64,000 nt of DNA from Pavona decussata (Eukaryota). The notes under the pieces were generated by a model, which worked only from the letters and a program-made list of their open reading frames with translations, was not told the origin of the DNA and searched no databases. This document shows positions 47,836 through 58,560 of the stretch, in pieces (the first letter of the stretch is position 1; every line of letters begins with the position of its first letter). The stretch is from assembly GCA_977016875.1 (NCBI GenBank), contig CDRNST010000096.1, positions 62,001-126,000 of the forward strand, in the 5' to 3' direction. Made by a program: the position numbers and the translations under genes.

Positions 47836-48833
47836 ACATCAACCAGCCTCCCACGCCTACCAACCTAGCAGCCCTCCTATCTTCTACGCAAGCACACGCC
47901 TACACCCCTGGCACTGTCCGCAACCTACACTCGTTGTGGAAGTCCTTCTTGAACCTTTGCACCAATTATCGCGTCACTCCTTTACCCGCCACACCACACA
48001 CCGTGGCCTCCTACGCATGTTTCCTCGCTGGAAAGACCTCATCTTACCAATACATTCTCAACCACCTCAACGCCGTCAGGCTTCTTCGCCGGTTTACTGG
48101 TTTCCCGGTTGACGCGTTCGACAGCTTCGACGTTACCTTGACCAAGCGTGGATTGAAACGCCTCTTGGGTACAATGCCTCGCTAGAAACATCCCATCACT
48201 CCAGAAATCCTTCTGCAGATGCGTCGTTACTTAAATACCAGCCTCCCTTCTCACGCCGCGATCTGGGCTCTCTTCTGCACAGCGTTCTTCTCTTTCCTAC
48301 GCAAATCCAATTTGACAGTCACCTCAGCCAAGTGCTTCGACCCCACCCGGCATCTTGCTCCCCACGACATCAAGTTCACTACGACCGGTGCAGTTCTGTG
48401 CATCCGTTGGACGAAAACTCTGCAACACAAAGAAGGTCTCCTCCTAATACCACTTTCCAGCATCCCCGGATCTGCCCTTTGTCCCGTCTCCGCCATAGTA
48501 CACTTCTTTGCCCTGGTTCCCGCTCCAACATCAGCACCACTGTTTTGCCTCTCCGCAGCTTCCAGCTATCGTCCCATTACGTTCTCTACGTTTACCGCTG
48601 GTCTGAAACGCCTAATTCCCAAAATTGGGCTAGACCCAGCCAACTACTCTCCTCACAGTTTTCGGCGTGGCGGCGCTACATTCGCCTTTCAATCTGGTGT
48701 GCCGGAACATCTAATCAAACTCCATGGTGACTGGCGTTCCGACGCTTTTCGTGCCTATCTGGCTCTTCCAAAGACTTCTCGTACCCAGGTCGCAGACATA
48801 ATGGCCACTGGGCTGTTGCCCTCAAAACAGTGA
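47836..48833 (+). pseudogene. Ngaro tyrosine recombinase (TAG at 48183)
   Basis: SAM-like N-terminal domain, FLRKSN, KT, LCPV, HSFRRGGAT, HGDWRSDAFRAY. Confidence 0.9.
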
Positions 48834-50811
48834 CTGCCTTCTGAACGTTCTCCTAGTTAAACCCCCCCCTTTTGTTTTTTTTTCTTTAATCCTTTCCATC
48901 GTACATTTTTTTTTTACTTTGTAATTTTCTTTTAACTTCCCACGTTTGAGCTATTTTTGGGGTCAGATTATCATTAAACTTCAATTTTAGCCCAAACGTG
49001 CGTGTCTTTATTGATTGATTTTTTCGAATAATTGTATTGTTTTGATTGTATCAAAGAAGTTAATTATTTGCTCGATCAATCGCGTCACTTGCTTCAGGTC
49101 TCTAGTTTCATCTCCTCGTGTTCTCTGTCGCTCGTGTAGCTTTCTTCGCTCGTCGCAACCGTTGTAACCCTCCCCCCCGCCCAGGGTCAGATTATCATTA
49201 AACTTCAATTTTAGCCCAAACGTGCGTGTCTTTATTGATTGATTTTTTTCGAATAATTTTGACAATAGGTGGCAGGTCAACTTTTTATTCTTGCGATTCT
49301 CATTTAATCTTGCAGAAACGCCGCGATTTAAGAAACAGATCGTGGCAATTTACGAAACTCCCTTGGATCTTCACACCACTGACCCTAAACACACATTTAG
49401 TTATCTAAGAATTGTAATAATAAACCTGCAATTTCACGCATTTTTCGGTATTAATAGTTATAAAGTACCCTATTGTATATTAATGCTTATTGTTCCCGTC
49501 AGAACATGTAGCCAATGGGCGTTGCAGCCACTTACAGAAAAAGACAAAAACGAAAATGGCACCATCATCAAGTGGGCAGAAATCCGTAATGTCCTGGCTC
49601 ACACACACAAACTAATTTGCGATCGATTTCCGTTTTGTATGTAAAGCAATTCTTACAATTTTTCATAGCCAGACAGAGTTTTACATGATCACCGGTTTTG
49701 TGACTAAAATCTAGTTATGACATTTCTCTTCATGAATGTGGACCTAGCTTTCAAAAAAGTATATGTTTAGTGTTTCTAATATGCTATTTTGTGCAGGACA
49801 GTTTTGTCAAAGAAAAATGCCAGATGAGTTATTTTGTCAGTGTTCCGCAAAAGCTCTGTTGTCATATCATTTTTTTGAAGATACGTTATTAAAGAGATTT
49901 ACAGAGCGAACACTTTCTTACATTCTATTTCTGTGTACTTTAAGATAGCTATCATATTTAAGATTAAAAAAGCTTGCAACCCACTCCCCCAAAAAAGGTC
50001 TTGAAAAATAAACCCCACTGTTCTTTCCCATCCAACTTAAAATCACTTGTACCAAAGACTACTGCGCAACAACGAATGACTCCACAATTTCGTGTCAGTG
50101 AAGACATCTCATAATTCAACCTGTGTTTTATTTCTGTTGTTGTAACAGTTCAACCGATTCAGAACAAGAAGGGTGGGATGAAACATCACAGTCTAGCACC
50201 ACTTCAAAAGGTGAAACAACGTCAGATTCCAGCAGCAGATACGAAATTGACCCCTATCTAGTTGCAAAGCTCCTTGACGAAGTGGTGTGCTCAGGCCGGC
50301 TGCTAAAGTCTCATTTTTTCTATCGCCTTGTCCTCAAATTTGCTACTGAGGTAGGAGCCACTGAGCATGACCCCCTTATACGGAGTTTCTGTGACACCAT
50401 AAAGTGAAGTGGCCATTGGCGGACGTTTAACCTCTTAACTGGAAAGCTTATGCTAGGCAAGGGCCGGGGATCATCCCATCAATTCAACTGGGAAGACTAC
50501 AATATTCCCCTACCTATGCCATCTAAGAAGACCCACGGCTAAATATATGAAAATGGCCTGATCGAGATTATTTGATATCTTTTCCTGAAATGGTTTTTAG
50601 TTCAAGGAGTACAATGATGCCCCTTTTATCAAGAAACAAAATTCAAGTTGTGCCAGTTTCGTTGGCAAAAGATGGATTTGCACTTACGCCAGGGTTTCAG
50701 GTCGATCGCAATACCATGGTGATAGTGGGTGGCTAAGAGATGTTCTCTTTGGAGTATGTCAAAGATAACCCAACCTTGCCACATGAGTATTTTAAAGACA
50801 AGTTTGTCACA

Positions 50812-52500
50812 GAAGTTCAGATCTTCATCTTCTTGCAGAGTCTTGAGCCATCCTTTAGTCCCTATGAACGTCTTCGCATTATCGCTCACTATCAGTCGTG
50901 GGGCACCTCGTCTCGCCACAAATTCCTTCAATGCTTGTTTAAATTGCTCAACAGTCATGTCCGTGCACAATCTTAGGTGAATGGCACAAGTGCAAGCACA
51001 AATGAATAAGACTACATATGCCTTCCCAGGGTTAATCCCTTGTGTCTTGTGGTACAATGGACCAATGAAATCCACTCCAGTTGAAGAAAATGGATCAGTA
51101 AACTCTGCTCGAAATGACGGTAGAGCGGCCATCGGTGGTGCAGACAATGCCCCTGCTCTGAACTTCTTGCAGTGATTGCAGCTCAACCTTAGCCTTCTAG
51201 TAATATGTCGCAGTTGTGGAATCCAAAACCTCTCTTGCACCTTGTTCATTGTGGACTGAGCTCACCCATGCAGATTCATCTGGTGGCAATGTTCCACGAC
51301 CAACTCTGCCAATCTGTGCTTTCTTGCCAGGAACATCGAGTGGTAGTCTGGGACTCGCCCATACCAACACCAGATCCCCACTGAGTCCTTCTTGATGGGA
51401 ACTTTGGTTCTTTGCCTGTGTTAACTTGACCCACCACTGCTCAGCTTGTTCAATCTCAAAAGGGTTAAGGGGGCTACGTGTTTGAGCCACCTTCCAGCAG
51501 TTGCCAATAAATCTTCTAATGAATGCTGTGATCTTTAGAAGCTTCCAGTACTTGTGCTTCTGCATAAGTTCCTCGGTCCAAGTTTCTTGTGAGCTCTGAT
51601 TTCCCTGTTTTTGGAGAACTGCAACATCCTTTTCCGGTAATGCTTTAGTTTGAGCTTCTGCTGTCTCCTTGACTTCTACATTCTCCGATGCTGGTCAGCC
51701 ATTTAGGACCCTTCAGCCAAAACTGATCAATTCTCGCGGGAGGAACCCCCCTGGTTCCTAAGTCACTAGGATTCTCTGCTGTTGGGACGTCAGGCCACAC
51801 AAGGATTCCAAGATCCCGTATCTTTGCCACTCTGTTCCCGACGTACTGTGACCATTTGCCCTTGTCTTCCAATCAGTAGAGTACAGTAGTGCTATCCACC
51901 CATGTGTGGGTCTCAACAAACGTGTTGGGGTCAAGTGCCTTAGTGGTATGATTCAGCAACTTGGCAAGAGTGAGGGCGGCAGTGAGTTCTAGGCGTGGAA
52001 TCAACATGTTCTTAGAAGCAATTCTCGACTTGGAAACAAGAAGGTTTTGACTCACAGGCCCATCCAAGTACTTAGCAACAACGTGTCTGTCGACTTGTCC
52101 CACTGAGTGCGTAGTATTCTGGCCCTTTGATCCTCTCTCTGTGATCCCTTGTTCTCAGGTGTACTTTCAAGGCTGGGTACATTGCTATGCCACTGTATAG
52201 TGTGAACCCTCCTTTGTGCATGATCTGTGTTGCTTCCTCCTTAAACCGTGTGAGGGCTTCCACCTTGTTGCTCCCATATTGTATGTCGTCAACGTAAGTG
52301 TCATCCAGCAGCACCTTAGCTATGTCTGGAAATTCTTCATGATGTGCCAATAAGTGTTTCTGGAGAGTCACACCAAAATGTAAGGGCTAGGTGCTGCACC
52401 AAAGATCACTCGTGTAAGGCTATACTCAACCACCTTTCTCTCGTCCAAATTGTCAAACCAAAGTACTCTTTGGGCATCATGATCATCCAGGTTTTTGAGA
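50812..52500 (-). pseudogene. Third BEL/Pao pol fragment (RT-RNaseH-integrase), heavily decayed
   Basis: TYVDD, IPRLEL, WVDST, ENPSDLGTRG, CNHC, VDFIGP, FVARRG.P..IVSDNAKTF. Confidence 0.85.
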
Positions 52501-53789
52501 TTTCCTCCAGCTTCAAATTTGAAAATTCTAACAACTGATCGTGTTTCAATGTTAGCGCCATTTTGATTTTCTTATCTGAGCCCACCAAACTTGTGTTTGC
52601 GAGGATTATAAACAACTCGCCTTGTGTTTTCCTACCGAAGTTAAAGTCTCAAAAACGACCTAGTAACGTGTGAATGTACCTTTTGTCAATGAATTATTAG
52701 AACTGTTCCCTTGTCGCTTGTTCTCAACCGAAAATTATCTACAATTATCCAAGAGTCGTCGCTTTCTGTGTTCTCGGGCGAAATCTCCAATTCGTGTCCT
52801 GGCAGGGTCGCAACTTTCAGTGTGGGGAACATGTTAGAATAAGGCAGAAATTTCCCTGATGCACTGAAGAAATTCACCATTTTCCAGTTTACTGTTTAAC
52901 CTGTTTATTCCGTCTTCATGCCAACCAGCCAATGCAAGAAAAACGCAGTGTTACAGTACAAAACCCAAAACCAAGTGCCTTTTAACGAGCACGTGTGTTC
53001 TAAAAACCTGAAAACCCTATTTCTAAATATGGTCATAAAATCTGACGCGTAATGCAAACTGGGGAGTTTACGACAAAAAACCTTTTCAATTTTTTGTCAA
53101 AATTATGAATGACATGCACTGGTAAATAAATTAACAATAATACAGTCACTCTTATACTTCCTTGTCAAATGACAAGTAGAAACCCCCCCCCCCCTCCCCC
53201 ATCCTTGGAGAATAATTTTTTAGTGTAATTGCTCAGATGATTCTCACAGAAAATGCATTTATTTTCATTTTATTTGTTTCCTCTTAAAAGAACAACAAAT
53301 CATGCCAAGGCCATTTTGAAAATGAGTGCTACAGTATATTACTCACCCAGCACAGAGTGATTATAATAACATGACACAAACCTAAAACAACTGTCCAGAG
53401 TGCGTACACTTACATTCATTCATAAATGGAATCACATATTTTGGTTAAAAGTAGAACAAAGAACAACCAAGTGTGATCTAACACACAATTAGCTATGTTA
53501 GGTTAGGTCGCATGCACCACCTGAAATGTATGAACATGTTCTCCAAGCCCTCTTTCTTTGACAATCTAGACAGAGGGGAGCCTTTCAAGGTATGTCAGTA
53601 CAATTCGAGATGCTATTGTGTTTTCCCTCAAAATCACTCATAGGCATTAATTGGGTTTGTTTGGAGACAAAGTGTCAACCGTAATAATGTATCAAAAAAT
53701 TACTATTCCCTTTCCACTACTTTTGGGAATATGTATTCATAATAAACTTGTTTTAAGCATGGAATGTTTACTGCCGAAGCGTCATCCCT

Positions 53790-54150
53790 TTCTATTTTCA
53801 CAAAAGCTACATCTTTTGAAGTCCATACGACAAAAAACAAAAGAAGACCACCGTCTCAAAAGAAGGAAAGGCTGTCATTCTACGAACAAACAGAAACCTT
53901 TTTGCTAGATTAGTCTTAATTGGCCAAAGCAGGCAAATGGATCTCAGACAGTTGCTAGTCCATGAGCTGGGCCCCCTTCCATGGTTGCTGGCACTGTTTG
54001 ATGGCGCACTAGTGAAAACCAAGAAAGCAGCTCTACCTAAACGTCTAGAAGATGGGATAGAGAATCTTCAACACTTGCCAACTCAAACAACGGCAGTGAT
54101 CATCGACGTAATGGTGATGATTCAACCGTTGGGCAAGACACCAGAGATTC
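53790..54150 (+). pseudogene. Academ-type transposase fragment
   Basis: RNLFARLVLIGQSRQMDLRQLLVHELGPLPW.LA..DG.L.KT.KA.L...AVIIDVM..IQ. Confidence 0.6.
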
Positions 54151-54769
54151 TTTACCGGATAATATTAGAAAGTCTGACAGCAGAAAATTATTCAAAAAAC
54201 AAATAAATGAAATACTAATCAATATTTAAAAAATAAATTGCTCAACTTACACCTTCTTCAATTCTTGAAATAACGAAAAGCTTCTAAGTTTGTAACAATC
54301 CTGTAATTTCTAACAATATAGCTTACGAATCCTTTTTGTCCTATATATTTACTTATTTGTTTACTACTTATTAAAGTTTTATTTCAGCTGCTGCTGTTGC
54401 TTTGTTAATTATGTCAATTTGTATATGTTACAGGTCAAAATTAACTTTAGGTACTTTTTTTTAACCTAGGCAAATTTTATATTAACCTAGGTTATTTTTT
54501 TTTTAACCTAGGTAATTTTTTCCTATCAACTGTCTAAAAAAGGGCTTTCCCTTTTTTGGGGGTGTAGTAAAAAAATAGGGGCATGGTATTTTTGGGGGGT
54601 TCTGAAAAAGAATAAAAAAAATTGTATTCTCCTGCCTTCCTATCTCCCACATCCTACCCCGGTACCTACCCCGGACGTTCTCAGTAACCACCCCCCCTGG
54701 GCACATGTGACCATACCACCCCCACATTCAAATATCAAGTAGAATTAATATTCCTTTTTTTTTTTAAAC

Positions 54770-54843
54770 GCACTTACCGAGATTCGAACTCTCAACCTTC
54801 CGCTCTGTAATCCTTCTTCATATCCACTTGACCACGCAAGCAA
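54770..54843 (-). other. Degenerate tRNA-like/Pol III promoter sequence inside the Ginger element
   Basis: Minus strand GCGTGGTCAAGTGG (A box)...GGTTGAGAGTTCGAATCTC (B box), correct tRNA-scale spacing; stems imperfect. Confidence 0.45.
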
Positions 54844-54900
54844 TCGTTGCAAAGTACCACATATTTTTTGTAATGATTAGTTATTGGTCCCAGACTCCCC

Positions 54901-56380
54901 TTGAACAGAACTTTAATTTATTCATACCTGCGCGGTTACCTTTGTGCATGGACTTCTGTTCTCAAACGTTTCGAAATCGCCACGTGTGCAGATGAAACGG
55001 TATTTTACGAGAAATTGGACGCCTTAAAAGCTTCAAGCAAGGGAAAAGAAAGCAAAACAACATTGTTTATTTCCGACGACTTCTACGATAACGCCAAAAT
55101 CTGGCTAGGACAAGACGAACACTCGTTCGAGTCAATGTCAAAGAAACAGTTTGCAACTGTCAAACGTAAACAGTGGACTCTGTATCAGGGAAAAATTCAA
55201 GATAAAAATGGAAGAAATGTTATTCCAAAAAGTGAGCTCTTCAAAATCTTGACCGATGCACATTCTGCTATTGCTCACCGTGGCAGGGATAAGACAGACC
55301 ATTACGTGCGTGGACATTACTCAGGAATTAACCAAGAGGTAACTGAATTATTTGTGTCGCTTTGCACTCTACATCAATCTCAACGCAGTGTGACAAGCTA
55401 TATGAAGAAACCTGTTATTAAACCAATTGCAGCCGATAGTTTCCTGAAGCATGTCCAAATTGATTTAACTGACTTTCGAAATTTGCCTTGTTCGTGTACT
55501 TCAAGTCATAAATGGGTGCTTCACATTAACGATCATTATAGCAAGTATTCTTGGTTGATTCCACTGAAGTCAAAGACATGCGAGGAGGTTGTGCAAGCAC
55601 TGCAAAACGTTTTCTTAATGTTTGGATTTCCACACACCTTGCATAGTGACAATGGAAAGGAATTTACAGGCAAAAAAAATGAAAGATTGCTGAGAGACAA
55701 ATTCCATTACACAAGTTCATGGTGCTCCAAGAACGCCCACTACACAGGGGCTGGTAGAGCGAGGCAATCATACTTTCAAAGAAAACTTAAGTAACATTCT
55801 TAGAGAGAAAAAGGCTGAGCTCAACAGTTGGTGCAGTGTACTGGGTGAAGCAGCTTACAAGAAAAACATAACCATACATGATGCAACCAAACAAATTCCA
55901 TACGTTGCAGTCTTTGGAACAAAACCATGGAAGGAAACAGACAACAATGGTGTCTCAACAGAGGATAATGATGAAACATCAACAGTTGTCACACCGTCTT
56001 CATCATCCCAGAAAAGGCAGTTAGAAGAGCAATTGGAGCAAAGAAAAAAGATGCAAAAAACTGTAAATCAAAATCAAGAGCAATATAATGCAAAAATGAA
56101 ACAAGCCAGGAGTAAAAAAACTTCCTTTAAAGTCGATGACATTGTAGCTATAAAAATTGATAAGGTAGATAAGACCTCGCCTCTTCATCCAAATGTCCTC
56201 ATTGGCAAAGTTCTCCACGTTGAAAATAACTATACGAAAGTTGTTACAAGACATGGAATAATTTCAACTTTTATTTCAACAAATCGTTTAAACAAATGCA
56301 CAGCTACTAGTAATGTTTTTGATTACTCCAAGGAGATTGCCTTTTCATCAGCTTGCAAACAAGAAATGAATTATAAATAA
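54901..56380 (+). pseudogene. Ginger2 integrase-type transposase (KRBA2/SCAND3-like)
   Basis: AH...AHRGRDKT, QIDLTDF, DHYSK, LHSDNGKEF; frameshift in the A-run near 55675 plus a TGA, then HGAPRTPTTQGLVERGN...FKVDDIVAIKI. Confidence 0.85.
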
Positions 56381-56607
56381 AAAGATCGGTAACATTGTTC
56401 GTGTCCAATTTACTGTCACTCTTCAAGACAATTTCTTAATTAAGTAGCACATTCCTCTGTATTGTTCTAGGTATCTTTTAACTTAAATGAGTCCATAGCC
56501 TTACTTAAGTAAAAGGAAAATCAATGAAAAGAAAATCAATGTAATGTGGCTTAAGGGTACCCCAAAACAAAACAACCCCAACCTTACACAAAAGCAAACT
56601 GAGCATT

Positions 56608-56842
56608 TAACTCTAATCACTAAAACTTACGGCTTAACCCTAATCACTGAAATACATCTAGTAGCCCTAACCTTCCATGAAAGCTAACCATTTGAAATAA
56701 GCACTTAACCCTAATCACTAAACTAAGGGCTTAACCCTAATCACTGAAATACATCTAGTAGCCCTAACCTTCCATGAAAGCTAACCATTTGAAATAAGCG
56801 CTTAACCCTAATCACTGAAATACATCTAGCAGCCTTAACCTT
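56608..56842. repeat. Tandem repeat with TTAACCCTAATCACT core in the Ginger 3' region
   Basis: The core recurs about 5 times; a longer block (GAAATACATCTAG...GAAATAAGC) is duplicated. Confidence 0.8.
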
Positions 56843-58072
56843 AATGTTACTTAAAACTAACTGAAACAGTATCCTTATGCAAAGACCCTAGGTAAAAAAG
56901 ATTTAACCTAGTTAAAAAAAAATAACCTAGGTTAAAATTTTTTTAACCTGAATTGAAATTTGACCTGTAACATATACACCAAATTTATTTGCATTTCGTT
57001 TAGTATTGTCATACCTACCCACCTCGACTAGCTTTAGGTATTTGCGCGTAAGTATATACCTATCTTGTAACTTTCTGTTTTCAATTAAGTGTTGCTGTTG
57101 TGTTGTGTTTTAGTTGACCAATCACATCACATGATAGAACAATGAATTCCCGCCAAAGTCAATCGAACCAATCACGAGCAGTCAAAATCACAACGGTCAA
57201 AATCCGAAAAGTTCCAGTTATTTAAAAAAAAAAGGAACCAAAATTGTTATGCTGTGTCTAGATGTCCGGAAGCCAGACAGGATTTTCAAAATACTCTGTG
57301 ACCGGCAGTCCGATAATTTCACAATTTCGGGTCTATGTATGCGAATAGTCGATTTATCCAGCGCCATTGTCGATTACAGTCCCCAAGTTGTTGTGTCAAT
57401 TTTTCTTACCGCTCTGCACTATTTGCAAATTTCGGAATCATCAGACTTGTGAAAATTATTTATGAAAGTTTTTCCGACGATATCCAGTTCCTTGAGGGGC
57501 GAATTGCACTCGGCTGTAATATCAAGTCAACGAGTATGAGAGGGCCGCGCCCAAACGAGCAAAGACCTGCTCAAATTGTCATTTATCCGGGCATCAAAAG
57601 AACAATTGTAAAAACCCGATTTATCCTGGAATCAGTCAATGCAATCTCCAGAGTAAACACTCGGAAGTTAAATCTGAAATTGCAGTCTTCAAGCCTTGAT
57701 AAAGGACCTGGAGAAAAGGTCTGAAAAAGCAAAGAATCAATTATGAATTTGAAGGCAGCCCGTGAAAAAGCAAGTAACAGCTTCTTTGAAATAATGAGAC
57801 CACAACTGCGGTAGAGCAATCCAATGAGATACGCTGGGATGCATCACTTCATTTCAGATCGCAATCGCATGACTCTAAAGAAAATGATTGGCGATTGCCA
57901 ATTATGATCGAGGAGTTCCTAAGTATGAGGTGCAATTACTGCCAAAATTCAGCCACTGTTATTTTTATTGTGCCTCTGTTTTGACAAATGGTGCCTCTAA
58001 TATTCAGCGGTCTGGGAACAACTTTCGGTTGACTTAACCGAGGAAGACTGGGGACCAGTGTCCACATCCAAA

Positions 58073-58560
58073 ATGGCCGACTCTGTGGCAGCTCTTCGCC
58101 AGCTTGTTGAAAGAGAATTACGAAACATCAGCAGCAGTGTATCAACAGACCCCATGAGGACCCTAGTGAAAAACGACCAAGTTGCCGTTCCTGTTAATTT
58201 CTTGGATTCGGTTGTGCGGTTGAATGAGGATATTTACAGAGACATTTTGGCTGCAAGACGTATTTTAGAAAACTTGAGCTCAACCTTCAGTACGAACTCT
58301 TCAAATCAATAGCAATACGCCAGGGCATCCTTCTCATGAAATAAGCGTCAACCAGTTACAGTCACTCATAGACTTAAGATTTACAGTTCCACAGATTACT
58401 TCATGTGTCCTCGAGAACCATTGAATGGTGTCTTGCTGAATATGGCATCTCATCAGGGCCATTCTCCACCATCACGGACAAGGACTTGGATGGCCAGATT
58501 AAAGACTTCAAGGTCTTTCATCCTAACTGTGGATCAAAGAATCTGGCTGGTCTACTTTTA
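58073..58560 (+). pseudogene. IS3EU-like transposase N-terminal HTH fragment
   Basis: PGHPSHEISVNQLQSLIDLRFTVPQI / VSSRTIEWCLAEYGIS..FSTITDKDLD..I....HPNCGSK.LAGLL across a frameshift. Confidence 0.6.

Larger units (their letters stand above)
45306..49258 (+). mobile_element. Ngaro-type YR retrotransposon with complete A1...B1-A2-B2 split direct repeats, internally deleted and decayed
   Basis: A1 45306-45443 matches A2 49034-49171; B1 48960-49033 matches B2 49184-49258; gag, RT (DLGRAYRQL, FGLRSS, YIDD), RNaseH (TDA, INILELL, CDN) and YR (HSFRRGGAT, HGDWRSD..Y). Confidence 0.95.
43372..50815 (+). pseudogene. Decayed multi-exon gene, probably a large DNA-transposon gene with a P-like DDE motif
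   Basis: Exon-like blocks with GT-AG sites near 43372-43483, 44217-44606, 44948-45243, 49315-, 49503-49620 and 50148-; the distal part reads FCDTIK..G...FNLLTG...GKG...FNWEDYNIPLP...VPVSLAKDGFALTPGFQVD...IVG; stops present. Confidence 0.4.
54426..56972 (+). mobile_element. Ginger2/TDD DNA transposon with TIRs and 4-bp TATA TSD
   Basis: TGTTACAGGTCAAA at 54426 and TTTGACCTGTAACA ending at 56972; TATA on both sides; AACCTAGG subterminal repeats; integrase-like ORF. Confidence 0.88.

Noticed and set aside
49010-49060. loxP-like palindrome at the Ngaro B1|A2 junction
   Set aside because: Only weak TTGAT/ATCAA symmetry in AT-rich sequence; not convincing by eye.
56608-56842. Interstitial telomere or chromosome fusion site
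   Set aside because: Not a pure (TTAGGG)n tract and it lies inside the Ginger TIRs.
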